DNA of 64,000 nt from the human T2T-CHM13v2.0 reference genome, Homo sapiens. A model generated the notes under the pieces. It was not told the DNA's origin. It was given only the letters and a program-made list of their open reading frames with translations, and did no database searches. The stretch is taken from NCBI RefSeq assembly GCF_009914755.1, contig NC_060931.1. The stretch is one strand, 5' to 3'. The position numbers were made by a program, and so were the translations under genes. Below, in pieces: positions 45,846 to 59,579 of this stretch; the stretch's first letter is position 1; every line of letters starts with the position of its first letter.

Positions 45846-47149
45846 TCATATGTAACAAACTCCCTATGCCTAAGGGATAAAATGATATTGAGAAGCTAAT
45901 TCCCTATAAGGATAATAACAAAGATTTATATACTACTAAGGAAATCACTGGAAGAAATTATGTTGTTATTTGTGAGATACTTAAGTTAATCTCAGTAATA
46001 TTTTGTATTTCTCTTTAGGAAAATAGGAAGTTCAAAGCATTAGTGAAGACTACTTAATATTTTATTTTTATATACATATCAATCCTACTACATGAAGGGC
46101 ACACTACTAAACTTTCATAATGCATATTTAGGAATAGCCTGAAAGAGAAATACCAAAATAAATGACAACTTGAGTCACTGAGAACTTTGAAACCCTAGGA
46201 ATAACCCTTGGTAGGTGAGAATAGAATAGGGTTCAGAGGGTTGATGGAATTTTCTCCAGGCTCACCCTACTCCTCCTTTGCAATCAATAACAATACAAGG
46301 AGAGATTAAGGAGGAGGTTGCCCCTGAGTATTCACTTGTGTAAGCACAGGGGTATAAATACTTCATTGTTACAAAACTCAGGCAAGACAATAGCACTGAT
46401 CAAAATGCTCCTGATTCATAATGAGTGGTTCAGTAAGACTTCAAGCTCTCACTATCCCAAGAGACAAATACAGAAGGGTTTGAGACATGTTAGGATTATA
46501 GTCTTTCCTTTGGATTAGAGGGAGTGACTCAGACTGGCTCAAATCAGCAGCAATCTAGCTTATGAGGCCACATCACACCCTAAATGGTATCCCCTGGGAT
46601 GGAGTGGCCCTGTGACATCACTAATTATATAGGGATTAATAAGACATGTACTTGGGTGTTCAGGAACACACACTATGGTTTGAAAGCACAATTTTAGGTT
46701 TTTTGGGATCAGCTTGAAGCTATGTTTTCAGATTTAGCTTAACCATTCTCTCAGGCTTTTTTATTCATGAATTTCTTGATTCTCCATTCTTGTTTCACAG
46801 CATTTCTTACTTCTATTTATGAAACAGAATAATAGTGTATGCAGAAATCTTTTACTGAATTATATAGTTAATAATAATTTAGGGCTATAGTTTAGGTCTT
46901 TTGGTATTATACTTCCTTACATATGGTATCTAATATGTAATTTATAATATAAATTGGCTGAGATTGCTTTACAATTTTGCTCTTTTCTTCAATTTAATGC
47001 CATTTGAGTGCAATGATTTTTCACCACAGAAAAAAAGGTTGAGGTATCAAGGCAGTAAAGGATTCAAGCTTTAAAGAAACATTTTCCACCGTAATTTTGC
47101 CTAGTTACAGTCCATGTTGTATTAGTCACAGTTGAAATAGAAACAACTG

Positions 47150-47442
47150 GGCCAGGAGCGGTGGCTCAGGCCTGTAATCCCAGCACTTTGGGAGGCCGAG
47201 GCTGGCGAATCACGAGGTCAGCAGATCGAGACCATCCTGGCTAACACAGTGAAATCCCGTCTCTACTAAAAATACAAAAATAATTAGCCGGGCGTGGTGG
47301 CGGGCACCTGTAGTCCCAGCTACTCAGGGGGCTGAGGCAGGAGAATGGCGTGAACCTGGGAGGCGGAGCTTGCAGTGAGCCGAGATGGCGCCACTGCACT
47401 CCGGCCCGGGCGACGGAGCGAGACTCCGTCTCCAGAAAAAAA
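47150..47442 (+). mobile_element. AluY, CpG-rich
   Basis: atcgagaccatcctggctaacac; perfect 16-bp TSD gaaatagaaacaactg (47134-47149, 47443-47458). Confidence 0.96.
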
Positions 47443-48779
47443 GAAATAGAAACAACTGGACTTGAGACTTTCTTGCCCTGTCTGTATTGCTCATCCTAAT
47501 TTTTTTTAAAAATCGAAATGTGTTGATCCTTTCCACTTACTTTCCTTTCTTTATCTAGTGACTACTTTTACTTGCTTACCATCAGTTGTGAGACACTTAA
47601 TGTCTTTCTTGAGGCTCTGCTGACTCTAGAATTTAGGAGAATATAGGAAGTCCATCAGTAAACTTAACGGCTCAGTTTTAATTAAAACTTTCTCTTGAAT
47701 TCTGATTTTGCATCCCAGGTTTATTTTTTAAATCATTATACCTTTCTTATTTAAAAATGATCTACCTGATCTGCCATTTTCTCTTTGTCCTGTCCCACTT
47801 TTACTAATCCCAGAATTCTGATTCAAAAAAACAATTTAGGGATAGATTCTTGAGTTACAGAGGAGACAGTCTGAGATGCAGGTTGACATGTCTTATTAGG
47901 TTTTCCTAACCTGACATGGGGTTGTACTAAGTGGAATGATGTTCTATTAGAAGGAAAAGTAGAAGAAGCCCTCCGGAAGATGTCACAGCTTAACCATTAT
48001 TTAAATTGAGATGGAAATTTAATTGAAAAATTAACCAAATGTTTGACTACTTGAAGCATTCTTGTTATTCTGGCAATTCCAGAGACAGTATGGTTATTAG
48101 GAGATTAGGTTCTTATTTTACTACAAGTTGGTATTATTTATTAAGCTCCTATTTTATGCCTGTCCTATATCATTAGTAATTGTTCCCACCATATTGCAAA
48201 GAAAATGCTGTGACAATTTACAATTGCAGATTCTGATCCCCTAAGCTCACACTAGTAAAAATTAAAGCTACAGTTGACACTAGGTTTTTTAACATTCTAA
48301 AGTTCACACCTTTTTTTTAAGTATGCCACATTTTCATAGATTGTAACAGAGATATGTTCCAAATATCTCACTTGGCCCAGAGCGGAGTGTCTAGTAAATA
48401 CTTGGGTTTTCTTTATTTCCAAGCTCTCCCTGTTTGTTTCCTAAAAGGAAGTAATTTAATATAAATGATATTTAAGATGATTCTGGCAAACATTCAAACT
48501 CAAATCTATGTTGAAAAACAGAGGAGAAAATGGCCCATGCACTCAGAACACCAGAGAATGCTCTAGAGGAGTGGTAGCATTTACAGTGGGTATTAAAATA
48601 TTGGTAACAGTAGAAGGGAGGTTAGGAGAAGGCATTGTGGGAGTTGTGTTCAGCCGCAAAAGAAAATGAATTAGTGTGTTATATTTGAAAAACTTTAGGT
48701 AATTTGGTAAGGTTTAATTTAAAATGGCATTTTTTTTTTTTTTTTTTTGGTGTTGGGATAGGAATGAGGGGAATATGAA

Positions 48780-49620
48780 GTCATAAGTAGCGAGAGGCCT
48801 GCTTCTAATTGGTGTCATATGTCCTACTAAGGCACTTATATTTTATTTTATAGGCAATGGGGAGTCACTGAATATTTTTTAAAGGGGGAAGATGTGATCA
48901 GAGGTAAATTTTAGAAAATAAGTACGATGGGGGTGGGTTGAAGTGGAAAGAAACCCGAAGTAGGGAAACCAGTTGGGAATCATGTAAATGGTTGGGCAGG
49001 AGTTGACAAAAGTCTGAAGAAAGAAAGTAGCAGTGGGTGTAGAAAGTAGTGGGAAATCAAAAGGTATTTAAGGTGTAGGCTTGTCAGAATTTGGTCATTT
49101 AATGACACTAAAGTTTCTAGCTTAGCTGACTTTGCCGCTTTGACTATGTCCTGAGATACAGAGGGCAAAAGGAGGAAGAGATATTGAGAAAGATGTTAGT
49201 TATTTTCTAGGTATGTTAGATTAGTCATATATTTAAGACTCCTAGGTATGAGTATCCAATGACGATTGGGAATTTGGACCAGAATGAAGATAGGAAACCA
49301 TAACATTTAATAAAATCATATAGGTAAAGAATTTATAAACACCAATATTTAAGGGGCAGATGAGTCGGACTATCTTGAGAAGAGAGTGAGTGAGAAGGCA
49401 GTGAAGCTCTGGGACTTAGAGAAGTCTGAGTTTTCAGAGGGAAACTGACAGAATATATTGAGATTGGAATGAGCAATTAAGAAATCATCCAAAGCAGTTT
49501 TGGAGGAGAGGTTGAGATGAAATTTCAGGAGACTGAGGACTAATGAAAAGGAGGACAAGTAGAAATTTAGCAGAGAAAATTAAAGGTTTTTGATGAAAGG
49601 AAATAAGAAAATGGTTGAGG
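48780..49620 (-). mobile_element. L2 fragment
   Basis: Purine-rich antisense L2 (ggcaatggggagtcactga, gatgtgatcaga). Confidence 0.6.
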
Positions 49621-51239
49621 TAATGCATTTTTGTTGAGGGAAACTTAAGTATTGGCCCATAAGTGAGAAGAAATTTCTTCATTCATACCCTAAGCTGTTA
49701 ACTGAAGTCAAACATTCTCCCAGAGCTAACATTGCCATCTGCTTCTCCACTACTTAGTCTGTATATACTGTGCTCCAGATGTCAAATTGTTGCTGAGATT
49801 TGGATGAAGACACCCAGGGCAGTGTGAATCGTCCATCCACCTTCTTCCCAGCTCAGTCGCTAAACCCAGGTCACTTCCTGTCAGGTTCTTTCCTTCCATC
49901 TGCTATCAACTCCTTGTTACCAAGATCTTTTTATTGCATAGTGCTTTTTTAGAGTTAGTAATATATGCCTCTTTGTGCAATTTTTGGATGAATACTCTCC
50001 CAATGGTCTCCTGCAACTTGCACTGTGTTTGTGTTTCTCATCATTATATTTCCAGTGCCCAGAAGAGAGAAAATTTTGAGATCTTGGTAATATTTGTTAT
50101 ACCTTAGAAATCTTCTTCAGATCGTGTTTCTCTAGGCATTCCTAAAATCATCAGCATCAGAATGATTAAGTTTCTCAGGTAAGAAAGAGGCCTGAGTGAC
50201 TATTAGGTAGTGACTATAATCATTGTTATTATACATATATATTTATTGAGTGAATAAAATAAATCAGGCAAGAACAGAAACTTTGAGGTGTCATACAACA
50301 TGCCCAAGTTGGGGAGCTGGGATATGTCCCCAGGCAATCTGTAGAGACAGGAACTTCTATCATGTACCACAGTCTCTTTTGCCTCAGTCAGATTTTTTTG
50401 AGGGCCTGTAAATTAAGATGAGCAGGCAGCCTGCAATCAATCCGAAATAGTCATCTTTTAAGTGGGATTTTAAGTTTTGATTAGCTTTTTATTGTGTCAA
50501 GAAATAGCCATTATTTAATTAAAAGTGATATGTAAAAAAACATATTGTCAAGTCATGTAATTTTCTAATTTTATTCTGTTGTTTGGATACATAAATGTCT
50601 GTATTTCATTTACCATAAGAAAGAATCTGATTGACAAAGTTCTTTTTGTTTGATAATATTTATAGAAATCTGTGGTGCAACTATATAAGACATTTGATGT
50701 TATTAATGTGACTTAAATAGGAATAGAATGTCTAGTAAAAAGAATTATCCTAATAGTGGTCCTAAATATCAACCACAATCAATGAGAATTTTACTGATTA
50801 TCAGGTATGTCCAACTATAGAATCCGGATCCAAAGAGAAAAATGAATAGAAAAGCCTTCAAAAATAATGCAATCAAAATGGGATTATAGAATGTGTTTTA
50901 AAATATACTCAATGTGTTCATTTAAAATTGAAACAAAAAATTTTATGAAGATACTTATAAAGTATAATTCAGAACCATCCTGCCTCTGAATCGTCACTCC
51001 TGTCACTTAACATCCTCCTGGCTAGTGTAACCCTGGCTGCAGGAAACACTCGAGATTCTGAATTAATTAGAGTGGGACCTAAGTATCAATATATAAAACA
51101 AAACAAACCAACAAAACTCCCAATAAGCATTTCTAACATGCTGTCAGTGTTAAGAATCACACTGAGTGTATATATTCTTGGGCAGCAGCGACCCACCCAT
51201 CTTTGCATTTTCTTGTCTTCATATCCTGAACACTGTACA

Positions 51240-52100
51240 AAGGCTCATTCACAATATTTCTGAAGTGCAATTTTTAATTTTCTCCTCTGGATTTGCCCCG
51301 TCTACCTCACCAATGCCTTGGGCATCCTCCTTTCTCCCCCGAACTTGGGGGACTGCACTGCTAGCCAGGATGCTAAACTTCAGAATCCTGAGAGTAATTC
51401 TGTTTCCCCCCTTTTTTTTTCAATATAACCAGCGAATCATAAAGTCTTCTCCTTTTTTTCTTCTAAATATTTCAAAGATCAGTCCACTTTTCTCTATCTA
51501 CCTTCCTACCAGTTAACAAAAGTTTCACACCTTGATGGTAGGCTCCTAAGTGGTCTCCTTATCTGTGGTGTTCTTCTATCAATAACACGTATTTCACCCA
51601 GAGCGGTTGTCCTAAAACGCAAATATGATCATACTGTTCTCTGCCTAAAACTCTTCAGTGGCTTTCAGTTACCTAAATACCCAAATGTGATTCAGAGAGA
51701 GTTTCAGGCCCTGGTTCTTCATCTCTCCAGCGGCATCTTCCACTTCATCTTCAGTTGCCCATCCCTTCAGCCAGACTGAACTGTCACATTCAGCTACTTC
51801 TATTTCCCTGGGTGCATCTCTTTTCACACAACTCTTCTCCATTTCTTACAGTATTGCCCCCTCCTTCCTTCAGCTTAAGACCATGACAGCCTTCTCTGGC
51901 CAGCCTAGTCTTGCTAGGTTACTTTTCTGTAAGCTCCTATAATAACATTTATTTCCTACACAATAGCACTCATCTCACTATTGTAAATATTTATTATATT
52001 TTCAATATTCTCAGCCAGTAGTCCCTCAAGGAAAGGAACTATTTTTATCTTGCATAAAGGGTCCACATCTAACACTTCAGTTGAATAAAGAATAAATGCA
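51240..52100 (+). mobile_element. L2 3' fragment
   Basis: taaaactcttcagtggcttt; 3' end gttgaataaagaataaatg. Confidence 0.7.
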
Positions 52101-52104
52101 TGTT

Positions 52105-52330
52105 TCATGGAGTACACATAGACACAAAGGAGAGAACAACAGACAGTGGGCTCTACTTGATGCTAGAGGGTAAGAGGAGGAAAACGATTGAAAAACTACT
52201 TATCGGGTACTATGCTTATTACCTGGGTAATGAAATAATCTGTAAAACAAACCCCGGGACATGCAACTTACCTATATAACAAACCTGCGCATATACCCCT
52301 GAACCTAAAAGTTTAAAAATAAAAAAAAAT
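52105..52330 (+). mobile_element. Short L1PA16-like 3' end
   Basis: gggtactatgcttattacctgggt...cccctgaacctaaaa plus A tail. Confidence 0.8.
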
Positions 52331-52354
52331 TTAAATTACACACTAATGGTATAG

Positions 52355-52735
52355 TGATATAGTTTGGAGATCTGTCCTCTCCAAATGTCATGTTGATTTG
52401 TAGTCCCCGGTGTTGGAGGTCAGGCCTGCTGGGAGTTGAGTCATGGGAGCTGATCCTTCACGAATGGTTTGGTACCCTCCTCACGGTAATGAGTGAATTT
52501 TTGCTCTGTTAGTTCATGCGAGAGCTGGTTGTTTAAAAGAGCCTAGCATCTCTCTTTCTCTTGCCATGTGACATGCCTGCTCCCCCTTTGCCTTCTGCCA
52601 TGATTGAGCAGATGCAGATGCTGGTGCTATGCTTGTTGTACAGTATGCAGAACCATGAGCCAAAATAAACATCTTTTCTTTGTAAATGACCCAGACTCAG
52701 GTATTCCCTTATACAACACAAAACAGATGGATACA
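52355..52735 (+). mobile_element. MST-type MaLR LTR
   Basis: tgatatagtttgga...gataca; TSD tatag/tgtag. Confidence 0.82.
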
Positions 52736-52829
52736 TGTAGATAATTAGGATCTTTAGCGCTTCAGCCCAAAATGAAGACTGTATTAGGAAGATGATTGTC
52801 ATGATAACAATTCATAATAATGTATGGCA

Positions 52830-53040
52830 TTGATGAGGGTTAACACAATGCTGGGCTCTATGCTAGATTATTTACATTAATTTTATCACTTAATCATCAT
52901 GGCAATCCTTCAATGTAGTTACTGTTATTTTTATTTTAGAAATGAGGAAACTGAGGCTTTCAGATATTATGTAACTTGTCCGTGATTCCATAGCTAGTAA
53001 GTGGTGAAGTCAGGTTTTAAATTGAAGCAAGGAATTCCAG
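52830..53040 (-). mobile_element. MIR
   Basis: MIR core aatgaggaaactgaggct. Confidence 0.75.
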
Positions 53041-53155
53041 TGACCACGTGGCTACACTGCACTCACAATGTGGACCAGGGTAGTACTATAGTTCCTGGAT
53101 TGAGAAATTTTACAGGTCACTATAATTATAAAATAAAAAAGAAGGGAGGGTAACA

Positions 53156-53221
53156 GAAGTAATGACAACTAACGTAAGTTTGCTAACTGAAGTAATGACA
53201 AGTAACATAAGTTTGCTAACT
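53156..53221 (+). repeat. 2 x 33-bp tandem duplication
   Basis: gaagtaatgacaa(c/g)taac(g/a)taagtttgctaact twice, 31/33 identical. Confidence 0.95.
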
Positions 53222-55232
53222 CTTTAATTTGCTGTTTACAATAATCAGTGATGCCATACTTTCACAAAACGTCATTTTTCCTCAAACAGGGGAAATAAGA
53301 ATATCTGGAAAAGGGAATTCCTCCTAATACAGAAAATTGGCAACCTTGCCTGCATTTTACTCCGACCTATACATACATTGTCCTTATATCAATATGTTGG
53401 AGAGCTGGAATCACTGTCTCTAGGGAAGTTACTAACAGTCAGCCAACTTGAGTTCCTAGTCCAGTTTTGGCAAAAGGAGCTGGCGGCCTTGGACAGGACT
53501 TAACTCCTCTGGGCTGCTTCATGTGAAAAGAAAGCACTTAGAATTGCATAAGCTCTCTGTCTTATAATGCATTAGCTATTTTTTTTTAAATCTTGAGCAT
53601 TTTTTTTCATGGAAACTTCATACTACAGTATAAGAAATGTTTTAAATCATTCACCCTTCCCATATAAGATTCATGATGAACTTATTTTTTAGATAAAAAA
53701 AAAAGAAAATGTTTCAAATGACCCAAAACTATTAGATAATAAATCATTTGGGGGAAAATTCTACACATCTAAGAAAAGCCAAACTTTGACAAAATTTCAT
53801 GAGTATACATTTTTAACATATTAATAACTAAAGTATACAGTCTGATATTTGGGTCCATGTTTACATTTTATGCAAAAACTTCCTAAACTTTCATAATAAA
53901 TGCATTGATGAAGCATTTTATTAAATGTGGCACATTTGACAACTGGCATATGCTGAGTGAGTTTGTTCATCTCTTCTTATCGCAATAGCTATGAACCTAC
54001 TTTAATGTGACATACTTACTAAATTGGGCAAGTTATATTCATTTTCAAATTATGGTAGTGATATTAAATTTTCTTCTCATACATTTTTAAACAGTCCACT
54101 TATTAAATATAAAACAGCATTTTTGAGTTGTATAGCAATTTATAGGAAAGTATATAGGTGCTCTGGTGGATAACTCCACTTTGAGATACAAAAACATTTA
54201 GGAATTGAGAAATATCCAAGAACTTGAATTTATTAGGACCTCATACCAATAATTAAAAATTTTCAGCAGTAGTGAAATCTGGTGGTCAGAGGTAATGTGT
54301 CTTAAAGATCTAAAATTCTAAGAAGACCTACTTGAATATAACGCCAAGGAGAAAAGACTACCAATATATGTCTGTGGATGTACAAATAAATAATTCTAGG
54401 TTTATAAATCTAGGAAGTAATAGGGTTAATAGGCAGGGGTGGATGTTTGATTGTTCAGTTTGTTTTAGATAGAGGTGTTCCAAATGACTTTAGACCAGAG
54501 GGAAAGAAGCCTGCTGAGAAGGGGTACGGAATATGCTTGAGAAAGAAGAACTGATGAAGCAAGGTCCCAAGAGAAGAGGCAGGAGTGGGATCAAAATGAT
54601 TGATAGAGGAAATGAAGGTCTCTGGGGAAAGAAAATTGAAGAGATAAATTGGTATAGAATGAATCCAGATGTTCAAAAAACAAATGTAATCTACGTTACA
54701 CTTTCGTGTAGTTTTTTTTTTTTTTTTTCCTTTCCTGTTAAAATGTCTTTATCAGACATAGGGGTCAGATTTTCCAGTAATCACCATCACGGGTACCCAC
54801 ATACTACATTCCACCCATACGTAGGTATTTTTCAAATTCTCCAGAGGAAAAAAAGATGGTAGGCCTACGTTATACTAGATTCCATATAACATCAGGCTCA
54901 TCAGTTTATCACGTGAGCATAGGAAGTCAGGTTGTAAGCTGGTATAAGTGTAAAAGGAATCTAATAGGGCTTTTAGGGAAAATTCTTTATACTTCATTGC
55001 CTCAGCTGCTGTTCAAATGTTAGATGCATAGAAGAAAAGCACATTTCAGATACTCTAACTTGTTTCTTTCTTTTAACCTACTTTTCTGAGGTCTTTAAAG
55101 AAACATGGAAACATTAGGGAACTTTTTTTTATAAAAGAAGTCCAAAGTCTGATGAAGTACATTCCTAAGTGCCTTGATGGAGAAGGCATGTTAGAAGGTT
55201 AGACTTAAGTAAAGGCATCGCGAGTGAATTGA

Positions 55233-55476
55233 CAGTCATCCCTCTGTGCGTGGGGGGGATCAGTTTCAGGATGCCCACGTGTATCAAAATCAATGCATAC
55301 CCAAGTCAAGTCTGGAAAGTGGCCCCGCAGAATCTGAGTATACAGAAAGTAGGCACCTGGTATATGTGGGTTTTCCATCTTGCAAATACTGTATTTTCAA
55401 TCTGCATTTGGTTGAAAAAAATCCACATATAAGTATATCCATGTGGTTCAAACATATGTTGTTCAAGGATTGACTG
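55233..55476 (+). mobile_element. MER8 (Tigger-type DNA transposon MITE)
   Basis: Terminal inverted ends cagtca...tgactg followed by TA; internal ttggttgaaaaaaatcc; 244 bp. Confidence 0.8.
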
Positions 55477-55650
55477 TATTTGTGTGAGTTGAGGTTTGTA
55501 ATTGTAAAAGCACTATTTAATCCCAACTTTTATTTCCACAATCCAGAATTCTCTCTTAAAATTATTTATGACAGAGCCATCTGTCTCTTCCAACTGGATC
55601 TTTTAAAAAGCAGAAAACCCAAACCGCGTGGTGACTTTAAATGATAAACT

Positions 55651-55656
55651 TTTATT
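55651..55656 (-). terminator. CACNA2D1: Distal poly(A) signal AATAAA
   Basis: AATAAA followed about 25 nt later by GGTTTGGGTTTTCTGCTTTTT (GU/U-rich downstream element). Confidence 0.8.
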
Positions 55657-58600
55657 CTGAATATACTGTTTTTGCACAAGATTTAACACAACATTTTCTG
55701 GGATTATAAATATTTTATAACAGTATTATACAAATTTTTACAAAATGTTTTTATCAGGCTAGGTAATTTTCACAAAAGTGTCAAGAGAACAAAATAAAGG
55801 GGAGAAAAGATCTATTGTTCACAAAAGCCAGTTGGCCTTTTGCATGAATGCACACCATTTTAATAAAAGTATTCCTAAAAGCATGATCCGACACTCATAC
55901 AACACAACAAAAAAGACAGCTTTACTAGGTCACATTATAAACTCAACTGGCATCTACACAAGACAGTATCCCATTAGTTTCAGTGGAATTTGAGATAACT
56001 GTGTGAACTAGAAATAAGGTAGATGAAGAGTTGTCTAATTCTTCAAAAATCTGGAATTTTTTTCAACACTCAAAACATTATATTGGTTTGCTCTTTACAG
56101 AAATGTACTGTGAATATTGACATTCTGCTATGGGAAACAATACAAGTTTAGATGAAAAAATATTTAAAATTTTGGGCAAGTGAAATAGTTATTTCATTCT
56201 ATTCTTTAAAAAAAGTAACAACATCCATTTTGTTTCACTAGGTCAGACTATACCATTAAACATTTGAACGTCTAACATGATCAATGGAATAGATTCAGAG
56301 TTTTAAATGAAGACAAAATCTTAAGCTTTGTTGGTCACAGACAAAGATTTAAATGAGATTTAAAATACAAGAGAGCATCAAATAAGCAAGTAACACTTGG
56401 GTTGCAAAGGTCACTTAAAAGGGATACTGCCTATTTGAACCCGATAAGTCCAGTTTTAAAGTTAATAAAAGGAATATTATAGGAAAACTTACAAATGGCA
56501 GGAACACTGTTTTTTGTTTTTTTTTTTCCCAAGTTAAGCAGTAACACCTCAAGCATTAGAAACATGAAAAAAGATCATACTAAAATCTTATAGGCCCAGG
56601 ACCTAAAAATCTCTTCAATCAAACTTGCTAACTATGTCATGTTAAAAACCTGTTACAAATATGGACCACGGTTGGTGTTTGGCAGTAATGCTGGTTGTTT
56701 AAATGAGGAAAATAAAAAGAAATCATTAATGCAAAATTCTTTCTTGTTACTCAACACCATTGCCAAGCTCACTTGAACTCTGTTTTAGTGACTAACTACA
56801 CTAAGCCACATGAGTATAACAAAAATTAGTTAAAGCAGTGTATAAACTTTTTTATTGATCTGTTGTACTGTTCAGTCGTTGGAAATCAATATTAATAACA
56901 GGCTATAATTTAAGTTCTTGTCAATGTAACTCAGAAAAATACTAAATGTAATGTAATAATTTGATGGGATGAGTGTTACTGTCTTAAAAAATATGCTAAA
57001 AGCATGAAGACTAATATTAGTCATGGGAACAACTTTTATTCAGCTTGTTCTTACCCAATTTGTAATTGCATTTATGGTTGTCATAATATATAACTTTATA
57101 GCAGAAAATAAAGGTTTATAGCAAAACTCATGCATATAAATATATTTTGATGGCAACAGAAATTAAATAGGATCCTGCCAAGAGATGCCAAGTTTAACCG
57201 CGATTAATACAATAACAATGTAATTGATGAAAACATATACTCGACATTAGCCATGAAAATATATTTAATAGATTTTGAACATAATTTTAAGGTAGTTTGT
57301 TGTATGCTGGAAGCAATTCAATTGTTTTAATGTGCATTGTTTATATACACAAACTAACAATTTTATATTTTGATACCCCCTTCCCAACACTATCATGATT
57401 TAAGATAGTCTAGCAAAAATTGAACAATAACTTTTAAATATTTAACAAACAACATGATTAAAACATTGTTACTAGAGTGAGAAGTTTTTTTCCCCACATA
57501 TATTTTAAATCACTTTGGTGTTTTCTAAAATGTCAATACCAGTTATGAATGACACTACAAAATCACAACAATGCATTAGAAATGGTAACTGATGTCAACT
57601 CTTAGAACAATAGTTGGCAAAGTGATTCCATTTCCCCCCACCTTTTTATTGAAAAAAAAAATCTTGAAATGTACACAAATGGTACCTAAGGTATATTGGT
57701 GGTGGGAGGGAATTACAAATGTATGCAAAGCTAAAAACAAAACAAATGTTATCTTTTAAGCTACGTTAAATTATTGGTTATATCTTTGATATGTGGAGCA
57801 TATTAAAGCATGCTGGATAATGTTAATAACTTTGACTTAAAAAGGATATGTAAGAAAATTTCCAGCATATACACATACCAGTAATTGGCATGTTCCAAAA
57901 AAAGAAAAACTGCATTTTATCATAAAAAATATCTACATACGTTCAGCCTTCAGTAAAATTATTAACTATTCTTAGAATTACACATTCATAGTTTTTACCT
58001 TTTCTTCAAATACTGTTTGCTCCAGAAAATAATTTTTAAAAGCATAAATAATCTGCTACCATATTAGTCTATAATGAAATATCTGATTTACTACACTAAC
58101 CATTTTCACCAATGAGGCTGTATAAAAAACAACTTTTATTATTCACAATCAAGTATTCATGTGCATACATAGAGATTCAAGGTTTCCTATTTGTTCAGAT
58201 TATTGTAAAACCCTTATCAACTTGCATGGAAATTTTGGCCAAACGATCATACCATTTAAAATGGAAGGGCAAAAGCAGCAGTAGCAGGAACTTTTGGATT
58301 GTATGTGCTACTATTGAAACGAACAAAGAGGAAACCTAGGATGAATCTTCATTGAGAACATATATGTACTTTTCAAAAAATAAATGTGTCAAATCTGATT
58401 TATGTACTTAAAATATCTGTACATAGGTTATCAGGCGAAAGCATGAATCTGTATAAAATTCATTAATTCTCATTTCACCATTTATCTAACCCCAATCATT
58501 CAGCATTTACATTGCACAGTATATTCAGAGTAGTTTAACAACATTTTAAAGATGACTTAAGTGCATTTACACTGCAAGGTTCAGATTCTTACATAACAAT

Positions 58601-58666
58601 ATCACTCAGTTAACTTTTCAATGACTACACTCTACAGTAAGAGAAAAAACAACTGAAAAGTTAAAA

Positions 58667-58678
58667 TAGCAGCAGCAT
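58667..58678 (-). promoter_or_regulatory. Overlapping miR-103/107 (7mer-m8) and miR-15/16 (8mer) seed sites
   Basis: mRNA reads AUGCUGCUGCUA. Confidence 0.55.
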
Positions 58679-59370
58679 CATGCAAAATACCCTTGGTAAA
58701 CCAAAGTTCATTTATCACAAGAAAAACATTTCCCCCTCCCCCCTGACAAGCTTTTCTTAGAGCATTTTTAAATATCTGGCTAGCACTACATAACTGTACT
58801 GTGAACAAAAGGAACATTACATCAAAGCATTTATTAAGGGCTTGCTTACATTTATGAGGAAATATGTCACATATTCTAATTTCTCCCTCAAGCACCTTTA
58901 GTTTAATAATTTCTTAGTTACTATTTTCAAACCATCAATTCATTACCCCATCAAAATTGAATTGGTCATCAATTGTGTTTTATTTTTGGCAAAGAAGCCG
59001 TTCTTCATAAGGCATTTTATTCATGGCAAATTTTTCATAGAAAATTAGCCATTATTTATATTTCAACAATTTAGACCAATGTTAATTCTCTCTTTCTCTA
59101 TATATTTCAATAATTGCTACTTAAAGCAGGAATTAACTTTTCACAGAAGAAAAAGTGAAGGCAAAAATAATTTCTTTCCCCTTAGAGATTTTCTTAGTAA
59201 AATTGCAGCAAGTCAAAATTCCAGGTCAATATCAAGACATTTCTTATGGTTCATTAACAATTGTATGGGGAACCCTTTCACATGTAATCACCAACAATGC
59301 AACAACAAACTCCCAAATTTTCCAATAGAGGACACGTATAGGATTTTGCTTTGATGTTACACATAGATGA

Positions 59371-59378
59371 TGCAGCAT
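59371..59378 (-). promoter_or_regulatory. miR-103/107 8mer seed site
   Basis: mRNA reads AUGCUGCA. Confidence 0.6.
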
Positions 59379-59579
59379 TCACACACGTTTAAGGATCTGA
59401 CACCCTGACATGCAGCCAGTGGGTGCCTTAGGAGTCTGCGCCTTAGTGTTATGCCATGGAACAGGCCCAGCTAATGTTTGTCTGATTTTATAGCTGACCC
59501 TACGTTACTGTAATTGAGGGCAGGGCTCATGTTTTGGCAGGGTCTGGAGTTTAACTATGCAGATTTGGTTTTTAGAAGG

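Larger units (their letters stand above)
55632..59579 (-). other. CACNA2D1: CACNA2D1 3'UTR (~3.95 kb; 3' end approximate)
   Basis: Continuous AT-rich sequence without recognisable transposons from the stop codon to a poly(A) signal with a downstream GU/U element. Confidence 0.85.

Noticed and set aside
50120-50184. Plus-strand AG...CAG|GTAAGA mini-exon
   Set aside because: Weak acceptor and no supporting context; expected by chance.
55778-59354. Short ORFs within the CACNA2D1 3'UTR region
   Set aside because: Mostly antisense or non-ATG starts, with no recognisable homology.
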